Notes: a model not told the origin generated them from the sequence alone. A stretch of DNA of 64,000 bases from Carcharhinus amblyrhynchos (GCA_965287045.1 OZ336881.1:54374001-54438000), one strand, 5' to 3'. Counted from the first letter of the stretch, positions 49,590 to 62,673 are shown. Made by a program: numbers and translations.

Positions 49590-49755
49590 GCCCATCTTTA
49601 AAATCTCTCTTAAAACCTACGTCTTTGTCAAAGTTTTTTATCATCTACCCTAATATCTCCTCATGCAACAAATTTTGCTTTATAATATTCCTGTGAAGAG
49701 CTTTAGGACATTTTATCCTGTTATGGGTGCTATATAAATGCAAGTTGTTGCTGTT
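49590..49755 (+). mobile_element. L2 3' end
   Basis: cttaaaacctacgtctttg...cctgtgaagagctttagg...gctatataaatgcaagttgttgctgtt. Confidence 0.8.
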
Positions 49756-49894
49756 ACTTCCTTTCATTGTTCTGCAGAAGGCTCTCCTCTTTTTGCATGT
49801 TTGAAATTTCAGTGACTGGTGATTATTGATCAGGAAATGTTTTTAGCAGTTCAATCAGTTCACTGTTTTTGCTTTGGTACTTTCTGCCAGCAGA

Positions 49895-50260
49895 TTTTAT
49901 TTTTATTTATTCATGGGGCATGGGCATCGCTGGCTGGCCAACATTCATTGCCCATCCTTGATTGCCCTTGGAGGGCAGTTGAGACTCAATCACATTGCTA
50001 TGAGTGTGGAGGCACATGTAGGCCAGACCAAGTAAGGACGGCAGATTTCCTTTCTTAAAGGACATTAGTAAACCAGATGGGTTTTTCCGGTAATCGACAA
50101 TGGTTTCATGGTCATTGGTAGATACTTAATTAAAGAGTTTTTTAATTGAATTCAAATTCCACCATCTGCTGTGTTGAGATTCGAACTCAGGTTCCCAGAA
50201 CATTAGCTGAGTTTCAGGATTAATAGTCTAACGATAATACCACTATGCCATTGGCTTCCC
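49895..50260 (-). mobile_element. SINE family B, near full length
   Basis: Same body as 49057-49410; B-box gattcgaactc; taccactatgcc head. Confidence 0.9.
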
Positions 50261-50619
50261 TATAGAATGGGTGATTGTTTTCATAAGTCCTTGTATTTGC
50301 CCACTGAATGTTCTCTAGCCACCTGTCTCACTTTCAATTTTGGGCTAAAACATCTATTTGGGGCAGGAGTGGATGTTGCAGAGTGCAGGTGGTGGGAAGA
50401 TGGCTACAAGTAGTCTCCTGATCCCCGACTGTAACGTTACTGTAAAATCAGTAGAAACCCCAGAGAAATGGAGTGAATGACTGTTTTTGATGGAGACTAA
50501 GGATTTTCTGGTGATGTTCTGGGAAATCTGGAGACTGTCCTGTAGAAATTTTATCCCCATCTCTTTTACCTGATATAAATATGACAAATGGGTAATCCTG
50601 CATTAGATGCAAATCTTTT

Positions 50620-50916
50620 TAAAATTTATTTATCAGTGTCACAAGTAGGCTTGAGTTAACACTGCAATGAAGTTACTGTGAAAATCCCCTAATCGCCACA
50701 GTCCAGCACCTGTTCGGGTACACTGAGGGGGAATTTAGCACGGCCAGCGTACGTAATCAGCATGTCTTTCGGACTGTGGGAGGAAACCGGAACACCCAGA
50801 GGAAACTCACGCAGACTTGGGGAGAACATGCAGCCTCTGCGCAGACAGTGACACAAGCTGGGAATTGAACACAGGTCCCTGGTGTTGTGAAGCAGCCGTG
50901 CTAACCATTGTGCCAC
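50620..50916 (-). mobile_element. HE1-like V-SINE, alternative tail
   Basis: tttatttatcagtgtcacaagtaggc...gtgctaaccattgtgccac. Confidence 0.92.
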
Positions 50917-52059
50917 AATATCAGCCTGGCTGATCTACTTCCATGGAATTCTCATGCTGAGACAGGCGATATATTGGTTCAGGTGCATTAAACCAAGCAA
51001 TGCACTGTGTACTAACATGGAAAGGCATTCCCTACCTGTTTATTTCCAACTTGTTGCTGTTTTATTTGAACGTGCTAATATCTGCTATGGAAGAGGTGGA
51101 ACAAGAAATCGTTATTATAAGAAGTAATTGTAGTAAACACAAGGCTGCAGCAAGTGCATACAGTGCTCATGACTTTCCATAGTGCTAGTTGGGTCGCCAG
51201 GCGGGAGTTAAGGCTCAACGCAGTATTCCAGCCAAGCAAGATGAAAGGGAAGGGGGTACTTAGACTTCTGAGGGAGGAAAGGGTACAAGGACGGAGGTGG
51301 GATCAGAGGAGAAGGGGGAAAATAGGGGGGGGGGGAGCAGCGGGTGCATGAGAAGTAGAAAAAGAGGATGAGGGAAGAAGATGGATGAAGCTAAGGATGG
51401 GATTAGGAAGAGAGAGATTTGTCAGGGAGAATGAGAGAAGGCAGAGTGCAGAAGAGGCAAAGCAGAAAACTTGGTTGCAGTAAATGTGGGTGCTCCCTGC
51501 ATTTAATATTTCTTTCAATGCCATGGGAGTAAATTTTTCATTGTGAGCAACTATTTGAGCAACTGGCAAAACAGGAAAGGATGTTCGCAGTACACCATGG
51601 TCCCAAATTTCTGCTACGTTGGAGAATATTCATGCTCCTGAACCCATCCACTTGTATATTGGAGATTGCCACTAGGAGCACGGAGGGTTCAAAACATTGG
51701 AGCTTTATTTACAGGTGTGAATTCTCCGACATTGCAGTTTCCTCTGAGCCTGTTTCCCATGCTAGGGACTTGTGATATCACTTCCAGTGAATACATGAAT
51801 ATTTTGACACAACAGATCTTCAATGAGTTAATCAGAATTAATACAAATACATAACATTTCATCTCCCTTAAATTGAATGTCCCCAACAAGTTCAATAATC
51901 AGTAAGTCAGCCACTGTTAACAAGTCAGATGGTCTGGAGGTTATTGCTTTCTGAGTGGTTGAGGGCAAACATCTGGCGTTTTCTTTACACTGGTGTTAAC
52001 CTCTGACTTTTTCGTCTTTGCACAAACATTATCAGTGGTGAGTTTAACCAGTGTTAATG

Positions 52060-53860
52060 TAGGCATTAGAGGTTGTCTCAGTACCTGATCCAGGGTGAGG
52101 TGGTACTTTCCTTAACAGTGTCTTTTGGTGTCGTGGTTGCAGGAAAGTTCACATCAGAACTTCTATGATGGAATCTAGATTCTCAGCAGGTTCCAATTCT
52201 GGCTGATCTATTCACCCAATCAACAGCCGGTCCGCATGTTTCCTCCAGGTAACATCACCTCTGGTCTGGACAGTGTAAGAGACAGGTCTGTGCAAAGGAT
52301 TGTGGCAGGGACCCATTTCTCTCCTGTGGAGAAATTCCTAGCCAAAACTCCTTGTCCTTGGTAGAAAACCCTCTGCTTTGATTAGCTTTCCTACCATTCC
52401 AGTTGTCGCTGCTGTTGCTGTTTTGCAATGTCTTTTGTTTTTGGGGTAACATGTCGATGGTAGCTGTCTCTTCATCATTAGTAATGCAGGAGGGATCCTG
52501 GTTGTAGGAATTTGTTAAGACATTTGATCAGTGAACCTTATTGCCTGGTTATTCTCAAGATATGTTTCATGGTTTGGATGGAAAATTCTGCTAGTCCGTT
52601 GATAGCAGGGTGATACAATGTGGACGTCATATATTGAATATCATTCTCTTGTAGGAAATGTTTGAATCCTTGTGAGACAAATTACCACTTACCAGTTGTT
52701 CAGGGAATCCAAACTGACCAAATGCTTCTCCTAGCTTCTCGATAGTCTTCTCCAATGAAATGGATTTCATCACAGCAATCTCTGGGCACTTTGTGTGAGC
52801 ATCGACTGTTACCAGTCCCACAAAGTCCACATGCACTCATTGCCAAGCCTCTTCAGGCCATTGCCATGAAAGCAGCAGTGCTACACGTGGCTGGTTTCTT
52901 ACCTTTGCACAGGAAGAACATGTTCTGGTTATTTCTTCAATCTCCGTGTCCAGGCCATGCCACCAGAAATAACCCCTCGCTATTTCCTTCATGTGTATGA
53001 TTCCTCAATGGCCCTCATGTAACTTTTAAAACACTCACTTTCTCAATAATGATGGAATGATCACCCTGAGCTCTCGTAAAAGACATCCTGACTATATTGA
53101 CAGTTCCAATCTCCTGGAGTAGTACGGCTTCAGGTTAAATGCTAGTTTTGAGGTTTTCTGTCATAATGCCATATTCATTAGTTCTGAGAGTAATGGTTTG
53201 CTCTGAAAATGCTTCCTCACTTGTCTGGAATTGACTCAATAGGTTTATATCGACCCAATTGTACAACATGAACAATTCTCCTTTTCTTCCATTCATGTAC
53301 TGTTTGGTTTTGTTCTTTCTTCATATTTTTACTTAGAGCTTGCTTTTTTTTCCATGCACTATGTGTCCTTTTCTCCACAGCTTTGACATACCATGTCTTT
53401 ACACCTACATTCAGCTTCAAAATGCCATGGCTTTGCACATGGGTGACACGTACAAATTTGGAGGTGATTGGGTATTGAGTTAGCTGCCATTTTGTGTATT
53501 TGAGTACACAAACTCATTGCTGAGCTTCCTTTGCAACCAGTTCCATTGAAACAGCAATTTCCATGGTCTTTATCGGTGTAAGGCTATTCTCGGTTAGCAA
53601 ATGTAGCAAAAACACATCTCCAAACTTGTAATATTCTGCAAGTATTTCAAGCACAGCCACGAATTGCTCAATTGATTCTCCATCTTCTTGGTTTCTTTAA
53701 TGGAATCTATAGTGCTCTTCAATAACCAAAGACTTCAATGAAAAATGCACTTGCAAAAAATCTACAATACATTTTAGTGCCTGGCTTCTCAGATGTATAA
53801 ACTTCTGTAGAGATTAATGTTTCCCCCCCCCACCCTGCCACCCCATCGTGCTAATATCTG
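52060..53860 (-). mobile_element. Ty3/Gypsy LTR-retrotransposon gag-integrase remnant
   Basis: Minus: HVDFVG..VDAHTKCPEI..KTIEKL..FGFPEQLVSGN (rve integrase); gag-like VIEEHYRFH..NQEDGESIEQFVA; many stops and deletions. Confidence 0.85.
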
Positions 53861-55234
53861 GTTAAGGATATCTGTATATAGTTCTGTTATATCTGATTAA
53901 TTAGTAACTGTTTAGAAAACCAATATCTCCGCAATTGTTCCTCAGTCCAACCAGCATGCAACATGGTGGCAGCTGTGAAGGACGCCAACACCTTAAAAAA
54001 ATCAATGTTAAAGGAAGTTGCAAGTCTGACCTGAAAAAGGGGTGTCCAAATGGCAGAACTGGAGAATGCCTCTGTATCTGTGCATGTAAGGCACCGTTGA
54101 AGAATTCCAAAGCTGCTTCATTGACAAATTAGAGGCAGAACGAGTCAGAAAATCAACTGTTCAACTGCATGACAGCATGTGGTAGTCTGTGAGGAAAGTC
54201 CTGATCTAATGATTGGGTCAGAGCACCAAGCAAAGATCATGGAACTAGTGGGGGATCCTTAAAAATGTTTTTTTCTGGAAATTGCTTTTAGTGGCACGCT
54301 AGGCACGCAGCACTAGGCAAATTGCATCCCTAGCAAGTATCGATTTCGATACATTCTGAAGTTTGAGTCTGAGGGTAGCACTGTTGTACACGGTACGAGG
54401 CAGCAAACGAACAAAAATAAAAGCCACAAATACTCAAAGATCCAGGGAAAGGGAGGGAAGAGATTATTACAATACCTTCAAGCAAAGAGTTTGAAGGCTC
54501 CACCGCCAACAGTGTCTCCAACATACATTCTGAATGATTGAAACCCTGAGCTGCATGTCCTTTTTGATATCAAGCAAAGATAAGTTTGCTGATATGCATA
54601 ATGAACAATATAATAAAGAAGAATTCAGTGAACACACAAACTGAGAATTCCTCACCCAGGTGACCCATAAAGTGCATCTAATGGTGTGTTGGTTTATGTT
54701 CCCATCTGTTTCTACAGGGTGCTCCCCCCATGGTTGAAAATGAGGTGGAGGTGGTTGGTTCCATTGTCTCGGTTCATAACTGAGATACCTGTCGCTTCTG
54801 TCCTCAACCTGGAGGTGTCTGTATGATCTGTGCCTGCAACATTGCCGTGGCAGACTCTGTCACAGGGCCCTGAGATGGAGGGGAAGGGCGGTGAGGATTG
54901 TCTTCCTCATCAGCATCCTCCCCTGCTTCAGCCATTGCAAGATGAATGAGGCCACTGGCTGGGATTCAGTCGGCATCCATTCCATTCATCCCTGCACCAT
55001 TAACAACACTGGGCAGTCAATGCCACAGAGTGTCAGCCAGTGCATTACTCTTACATCCATTCAGAATGGTCTTGCATATGGCTCTCCATGATGATGGCCA
55101 CTCTCTGAAGGTTATGGAGGTCATCTGCTTAAATCCCTAAGTCATCATGGAACACATGGATCAGTGGACTAGTCGTTTGACTGCATGGCTGTGCAATATC
55201 TCAACCTCTAATAATTGGGAACTTTTGAAAAATG

Positions 55235-55589
55235 TTTTCATAGGATGTGGCCAACATTTATTTGCCCATTTCTAATTATCCTTGAACTGAGACCATTTCA
55301 GAGGGCATTTAAAAGTCAACCACATTGCTGTGGATCTGGAATCACATGTAGGCTAGACCAAGTAAGAATGGAAGATTTCTTTCCCCCTAGGGGCATTAGT
55401 GAACCAAATGGGTTTTTGCAACAATCAACAATGGTTTCATGGTCATCGCTAGACTTTTCAGTCCAGATTTTTATTGAATTCAGATTTCACCGTCTGTCGC
55501 AGTGGAATTTGAAACTCAGTCCCCAGAGCATTACTCTGGGTCTCTGGATTACTAGTCCAGTGACAATACAGTATTCCATTAACCACCTC
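55235..55589 (-). mobile_element. SINE family B
   Basis: catttatttgcccat...gtcaaccacattgctgtgg...cattagtgaaccaaatggg...ctggattactagtccagtgacaatac. Confidence 0.88.
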
Positions 55590-55841
55590 TGATGTGAAGA
55601 ATCCTGCTTTGGACACCATGAAATAGGCTTTGTGTACTTTCATTATTTTAACACCAAATCAGGACTGATAACTAAGTACATATTTACAGCTGAGGATACA
55701 GGTAGTGAGCTGACTGCATTACACTATCCATCTCTAGACTGCCCCTGTTTCTGGGTCATGTGCCTTCAGTAATCACCCCGTGGGCAGTACTGTACTCAAT
55801 CCCACATTAACCACTTATGCACCCCACTCCCTACTACTACA
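55590..55841 (-). mobile_element. Possible Gypsy-type LTR
   Basis: TG...CA-bounded unit of about 250 bp (minus: tgtagtagtaggg...ggttaatgtgggattgagtacagtactgccc...cacatca); no TSD found. Confidence 0.4.
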
Positions 55842-56021
55842 CAATACTCCAGGATGATTCTCCTTCTGCGTAACACTTCATTTTTGCCAAGTAGATCGTG
55901 GCCATCCAAGTGGGTTTGCCTATAGCGGAGTCTGCCGCACCTCTCACCCTCCTGCACAAGTGTGAGATACAGTTCACCTATTGCTCCCTGTTCCAGGCTG
56001 GATTCAGACCAATCAAAGTCA

Positions 56022-57160
56022 GTGGGCATGATTTTACCATTTGCCATGCCTGCCAAGTAGCACCATGAGCTGGGAAACAAGCATGTGATGCTAAAAATCC
56101 GATTCACGCCTGATAAGAAATAGTTTGCCATGTTCCCAGTCTCTTTCCAATGGCCCGAACTGCTATGCACCCAGAAAGGACACAAAGCACATGAACATGA
56201 GATTAATTGGATTTCAGTATCGTTAGCGAGATTGGCACACATGCTTCTCCCTCCCAAATGCTTTCCATCTCTCCAGGATGACGTCATGCCAGCGTGATCA
56301 TTACTGGTTTCCACTAGCAGAGAGTAGGTGTGATGACCACCTCATGGGGGATCAGAAGCCTTTCAAGTCCTCTTGGTCACGGGCATGGTTGGGCAGTGCC
56401 CTTTGGGCACATTGGCAATGCCCAACTGGCACACTGGTGGTGTCTGTTGAGCATTGTAAGTGTGTTGTGTCAGTGCCATGAGGGTGGGGCAGCCTGAGTG
56501 GGAGTGGAGCCTGAATGGGGTGGGGCCTGAGTGGAGGCTGTGATGGGAAAGCTATGATGGGAGGGGACTAAGTGGGGGCTGTGAAGAAGTGCGGGACGCT
56601 ATGAAGGGGAGGCTATGCAGGGTGCAATATGCAGGGAGTGTTGTACATGAGGGTCAGGGTGGGGATTGTGCAGGATGGGGTTCATGAGGAGTGGACCTGC
56701 ATTCAAACCCTCCTTGTGATTCCTTGCCTGTCGATCTCTGTTGTCATTTCCATCCATGTCCTCTAGGTTTGGTTTAGAGGGCCTCTCCTTCTGGACTAAG
56801 CTAAGGGAAGAGCACATCTCCCTCTTCAAGGGAGGCATCAGAGAAATGTGAGTTTGCTGAGGGATGGCTGCTCAGGTCAGCGCTGTCCCTCTGCGTTTCC
56901 AGATACTCTATTCCTCCAGGCAATGGCAAGCCCAGTCATGGCTATCGTTGGCCCTTTTAAAATTGTCCTCCATTACTATGTACACCCCCAGGCCACTCCC
57001 AGCACTGCTAAACCGAGCCCCCACCTCGACTTTGGGCTAATTAGGCCTTTTGTATTTGAAAATGGTGTTGTGTCAGTTGTGTGGGGTCGACACTCGGCTC
57101 TATAGCTCCAGCACGATCAACACCTCAGGGCAGCTGCCAGTGAGGCTGAGAACTCTGCCA
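56022..57160. mobile_element. Harbinger-derived fragments
   Basis: gggcatgattttacc terminus-like motif and the GC-rich ggcagtgccctttgggcac motif shared with 21760-21820. Confidence 0.45.
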
Positions 57161-57766
57161 CTCCTCTACTGCTAAATACTAATACTTATCTCCAGCTGGC
57201 ACATCATGCTAACCATTCTACGATGTGTGCTCAGCTTGAAGTACACAGCAAGTGCATCAGCGAACAAATATATCAAAGTATCAAAATGGTAGCCATTTAT
57301 AATATCACCTAATAATAGTTGCAGAATTTGATCTCCAGAGCACTGGTAAAAATCCCTGGTTAGTTTGTATTAAAAATCAGTTTATTCATTCAATGTGAAT
57401 CAGTAACCCTGTTATTACATTGTCCCTCACATGATAGAACAGTCAGACATTTACAAGGTCCTCTGATTCACAATGAGCAGTGCCACACGAGATCTGATAA
57501 TATTGTATCAACTAAGTCACTTTCCTTCAGCTGGTTTCCTGCTCTCACAGATTTCTATTGCCGCTCTAATGCACTTTAAAAATATCCAAGAACCCTGTCG
57601 TTCATAGAACACCGAACACCCAGATCTTTAAAGCACAAAAGTGACAATTGAAAAATTAGTTTTCCAAAAAAAACAAAATAACCCACTTTCATTCTACATT
57701 CTAGCTTCTGTGCACATGGACAATGCACCCATGGATATTCAACAGATGAGGGACATCAGGCGCAGT

Positions 57767-57900
57767 GGGCAGGACATTCTGTCCACGCTCACCCCAAAAC
57801 TGGAAAATCTCACCCCCCCCCAGATCAACAAACCTTTTCATGATTTGCCCCTCATCCACTACAATTCCCGTGACGAGTGGAACAGAAGAATTCACCTCAG
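57767..57900. mobile_element. Short MITE (Harbinger-like ends)
   Basis: gggcaggacattctgtcc ... gaacagaagaattcacctc imperfect inverted ends. Confidence 0.45.
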
Positions 57901-57920
57901 TGTGTGTAAAGTGCAATGTT

Positions 57921-58199
57921 AAGAATCCCTACAGTGCAGAAGGAGGCCATTCGGCCCATCAAGTCTGCCCCAACCACAATCCCACCCAAGTCCTATTCCC
58001 GTAACCCCACTCATTTACCCTGTTAATCCTCCCGACATGAGGGTCAATTTAGCATGGCCAATCAACCTAACCTGCACATGTTTAGACTGTGGGAGGAAAC
58101 CGGAGAAAGTGCACACTCCACACAGACAGTCACCTGAGGCCGGAATTGAACCTGAGTCCCCGGAGCTGTGAGACATCAATGCTAACCATTGTGCCGCCC
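57921..58199 (-). mobile_element. HE1 SINE (CR1/HER1 tail)
   Basis: agaatccctacagtgcagaaggaggccattcggccc...gctaaccattgtgccgccc. Confidence 0.92.
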
Positions 58200-58204
58200 A
58201 TTGA

Positions 58205-58602
58205 TGATAACCTTGTCTCTGAGTTAGAAGGTTATGGGTTTAAACCGACTCCAGGCATCTGAGCACATTATCTAGGTTGACATTTTAGTGTAGTACTGAG
58301 GAAGTGCTGCACTGTCAGGAGTGTGTCTTTCAGGTGCGACGTTAAACCATGGGCCTGTCCAAAGTTCACCCTCGTGTCCTGACCATTACTTATTCCTCAA
58401 CCGACATCACGTAAAAAGTAGGTGACCTGATCCTTATCACATTGCTGTTTGTAGAATCTTGCTGTGCGCAAACCGACTGTCACTTTCCCCTCGTTGCAAC
58501 AGCCACTCCACTTTAAAAAGTGCTTCGTTGGCTGTGAAGCGGTTTGGGACATTCTGCGGTCACACAAGGTGTTAGATAAATCCAAATCTTCCTTTCTTTT
58601 CA
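58205..58602 (+). mobile_element. DeuSINE (SacSINE1-like)
   Basis: ctctgagttagaaggttatgggtt...agtactgaggaagtgctgcactgtc...gacgttaaacc...atcacattgctgtttg...ttggctgtgaagcggtttgggac. Confidence 0.82.
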
Positions 58603-59268
58603 TTAGGACTGTGCATAAGTTAATGATGCCAAAATGACATTAAGTGTGTGTGCTCATGTGATGCTGCCCAATTACAATAAAAAAAATACAAATTTAGCAT
58701 AAAGAGGACATCTCCTGTCCATGCAAATGTAACCTGTATCTTTCTGCATTGGGAGCTGAGCCTTGGTCAAAGTCAGAGTATGCCCAAATTTGTTTCCACG
58801 TTAATGTACACCCATATTTTGTCTTTACAAGCATTGAACAGTTACACATGTTGAAAGACATTCCCAATGAGACTTTAACCACACTGAGCTGGTGTGTATT
58901 ATTAAAATTCACAGCCACATCTGTTGTACAGATAAACACTTTGATGTGCTACAAACGGTTCACTTGTATAGAAACAGGGAACAATCTGGAAGTCTGACTT
59001 ATGCTAGCTAATTTAGTGGTGATCATTTCAAATGGGACCTTGCAAAATTGCTGATTTGTAAAGAGAATCAAAATGATGTTGCTGTACTCTGCATACATAC
59101 ATGTAAAATTTAAAAAAAACCTGTTATTTTTTAATAAAATTGCGTATTTCTTGATATCTTAGCTCCAATTAGTTATATTTTTTCCTTCTGTATGTAAATG
59201 GGCTAAATCGGCCCTAACAAAAGCTCTTTTTTGTATCCCCGTCTCCCATTTTGTGCTTTCACCTCTAG

Positions 59269-59392
59269 TGAAGAAATTGTGCAGGTTTATTCAGTGGGCT
59301 GGGATGCTTGGGACAGAACCTCCATCAAGATATATGAAGGTTCACATAGGAAATTTGTATGCAAAGCGAAAGCAGCTGGTTCCACCCTCCAG
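59269..59392 (+). other. Candidate orphan spliced exon (124 nt)
   Basis: Branch-like ccctaac at 59212-59218, AG-free pyrimidine tract, ctctag acceptor, CAG|gtaaga donor; one open frame. Confidence 0.4.
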
Positions 59393-61489
59393 GTAAGAGT
59401 GGCCAAGTTTTCACCTTCACATTTACTCGCAGCTCTTCTCCCCAAATGATCAACCTAAGGAACGGAAGAAAATAGGAGGCAGGAGCGGTGCAGTGGTGCA
59501 TGCCTGCTCAGCTTATTAAAACTGGAAGAGGAGGCAATATTTCACCCCAAGAAATAAAAAAAAAGATGGACAAGTGAGGGAAGCTAATCCATCTGATGAA
59601 ATTAGCAGGCAGAGTATGTAGCTGTTTGAAATGATAAACGAGGTTGAAATAGCTACACAGGGTAACATCCACTGGGATAATTACTCCTAGCTCTCGGGCT
59701 AAAATCTGTCTTGAAGAACTTGCAGCTTTGATGACTCAATTTCAATGGGCACGCTTATGAAATACATAGTAAAAGCTATTAAAATTAAAATTGTTCTTGG
59801 GTGGTATCTGCCGCTTGCTGCTGACCTTATCAGCGCTCTCTTAATAAGGTGCAAACTATTTTGGCTCCCTCACTGGCCCATGGACTTGAGTTGCCCACCC
59901 AAATAGCTTATAGGTTTGTGGATTGGGTCACAGCTTTAGGGGATTTTGGATAGAGATACTAAGACAAAAAAAAAGCAAGTGTGCAGGAAAGAAATAAAGA
60001 CAGAGAGAGACACGCATGCACAAAATATAATTAACTCCATTCTCGTAGACTCAAATGGAAAACTTCAGACCCCCACTCACAGCACAAAGTAGCAGTGTTC
60101 CCTTGTCAATTATTGCTATAAGACAGCTTTGGTTCTGAGGCACAAACGTCAAGTGAAATGGAAACAACCTGCCTAGATTAATGTCACTAGATCATTAAGG
60201 AGTACACGAATAGCCCAGGATTGCCAGAAAGCATTTTATTTCAGAACTGCAGGTTCTCCTAGTGCTTTGAAATTGATAATTACCCACCACTAAGAATGAA
60301 TGGGTAATAATTCTTTATCTGCCTGAGTTAGAGAACCACCAGCATCTCCTAGTTTCAAAGACACAAAAATGGCTTTATAGTTTAACCTTTATGATCCTAT
60401 TTCCATTTTCTCATTATGCTTTGTACAGAAAGTTTAATTTCAGCCAGAGTATTTTAAAACTAACAGCTTTCCACCGTCATTTGCTGGTGATAAACAGTCA
60501 TTTGGTAAATGTCTGAGTAATAGTGCAATTTTGCAGCATTAACCCCAGTCCACATAGAACCTTCACTTTCTCTTTTAATTAATTTGTTAAAAAAAACACC
60601 AAGGTGTACTTTATATATAAATAAAACTATTTGCTAGCGGGCTCGTTCTCTCTTAGCTATGCTGCATCTTTAATGCCCTAGTTAGAATAAAGATGTTATG
60701 GTTCGAAGGGATGTGATATTTAATAAAAAAAATTGAGATATGAATGAAGGTACAGACTGTTGGAATTAACCCTTAATGTGACCATTATGGTGATAGCACA
60801 TTATGGGAGTTTTTTTACATTTCAGGAGGGAAAGGCAACAGCAACAATAAAATTTTTAACTTTGATTAATGATATTTCAGAAAGCTAAAAGAAAATAGTT
60901 AAAGATGGAAGGATTGGACACAATGGGATTACGAATGATGTACCTCCTATTGTTGCAAAGACATTCCCTTGACTCAGGTTCAAGTTAGACAGGTTGTGAA
61001 AAGGACTACCTTTACATTAAGTTGGGACTGAAAGTTTGCTGGATCTCCGCACCATTGCTGCGGCTGCTGTGACGAAGTTCACTAGGTAGACCCAACAGAG
61101 GGACAGCGGTCTTTTGTTTCCAGCAAAGCTTTCCTGAAGGAGCCTGGGGATAACTGAAGGCATGCTTCCAAATTTAGTCCCTCTGACTACTTTCCCTAAT
61201 CATCCAAGAAAAGCAGTCTGTTTCAGCTGGCTGAGGGCCAAACAGGCAGTGCAGGTTAGGGTGGCTATAATCCTGAGTTTTACAATGTATATACATTCTT
61301 GAGCACTTTTATATCATAACTTATCCTAGCATTTTCTGCAAGTTCAACAAATCTCCTTGCTTTTACGTTCAGTATTTCTGAATAGAAGAATTCAATTTGC
61401 TTTTTATGGCCTTTTTCTATTTACGCTCCCATATGGCCACATCATTTCCCTTACTTTAACATGCCATCACAGTTGATACCTTACAAACT

Positions 61490-62335
61490 CAAAGAATTTC
61501 ATAGCACAGAATGAGGCAATTTAGCCTATTGCACCTTTTGTAAGATGGTGATCCAATACCACAGCTCTTTTCCCAAACTTTTCATTTTCAAGTATGTATT
61601 TATCTATAAAGTAGATGAAATGCTTTTTGTGAATTGATGTAATCCACATCCACTGCATTTAATTTATCTTTGTTTTCATTTCTTCAAAGAATTCCAAAAA
61701 GGTGATGAAGCATGACTTTGGAAATCCATGCTGACTCATTCTGATTCACTCATGTTTCACTAATTGCTGAGAAATTCTAACCATAATTATACGGGGTGGG
61801 ATTTTCTAGCTGTTCCTGCCAGTCAGTTCCACTGAAAGTGACCCACCATGGTAGGTTCCTTGGCAGCGGGAGGAACGAGCCACACAAAGTGCAATAGACA
61901 TTTGTGGGACTGGAAGATTCTCTCTGACCGCCATTGGCAAGTCACCTCAATGCCAGGAAACCCACCATGGGTGTTGGGGAAGGGGGGCAATTGAAAAATC
62001 CCTCCCAAAATCTACTAGTTTACTAACAACAGAAGCATGACTAACTGGCCTACTTTCCTCATTTTTTTTTTGACCGTCCATCTTTTGGGCACAATTTTAA
62101 TTTCCACAGAGTTTTAGAAAATTTTAGCCAAGAGTATGTCCCATTCCTTCCCAAATTTCTCTTGGGATTTTTGAATGCAGATGATGAGACCCCACTGATT
62201 TGTCTACTTTAAGTTTGAATAACTTCCTTAGTATCATTTGTCTGAGTAATAACGTCCATCTACTCTTCTACACCTCTGTCAAAACTGAGACAATGTAGTT
62301 ATTCAATATCTCTACCATGCCTTTACTCTCCACTA
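61490..62335 (-). mobile_element. Old CR1 remnant interrupted by a MITE
   Basis: catagcacagaatgaggcaatttagcc terminus; aaatccatgctgact (SQHGF); actaactggcct (RPVS); agttattcaatatctctacc. Confidence 0.65.
61794..62006. mobile_element. MITE with about 13-bp TIRs (Harbinger-like)
   Basis: Left gggtgggattttc, right gaaaaatccctccc (reverse complement gggagggatttttc). Confidence 0.75.
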
Positions 62336-62349
62336 CAAGAATGTTGTGT

Positions 62350-62673
62350 GGTGGCACAATGGCACAGTGGTTAGCGCTGTTGCCTCACAGTGCCAGGGAC
62401 CTGCGTTCAATTCCGGCCTCAGGTGACTGTGTGGAGTTTGCACATTCTCACTTGTCTGCGTGGATTTCCTCTGGGTGCCCAGTTTCCTCCCACAGTCCAA
62501 AGATGTGCAGGTTAGGTTGATTTGCCGTGCTAAATTAACTCGAGTGTCAAGGGGATTAGCAAGGTAAGTATGAAGGGTTGCAGGAATAGGGCCTGGGTAG
62601 GATTATGGTAGTTGCAGACTCAATGGGCTGAATTGCCTCCTTCTGCACTGCAGGGATTCTATGGTCCTATGAT
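62350..62673 (+). mobile_element. HE1 SINE, full length (CR1/HER1 tail)
   Basis: ggcacagtggttagcgctgttgcctcacag...gcctccttctgcactgcagggattctatg. Confidence 0.93.

Noticed and set aside
54890-54915. CTGATGA on the minus strand followed by a short stem (another CTGATGA at about 59594)
   Set aside because: No GAAA box in the correct position, so not a hammerhead
55796-56314. 172-aa minus-strand ORF
   Set aside because: Spans LTR-like and Harbinger-like fragments; no domain
348-62673. tRNA-like A/B-box sequences
   Set aside because: They are SINE heads that run into V-core or family-B bodies; no complete cloverleaf was seen
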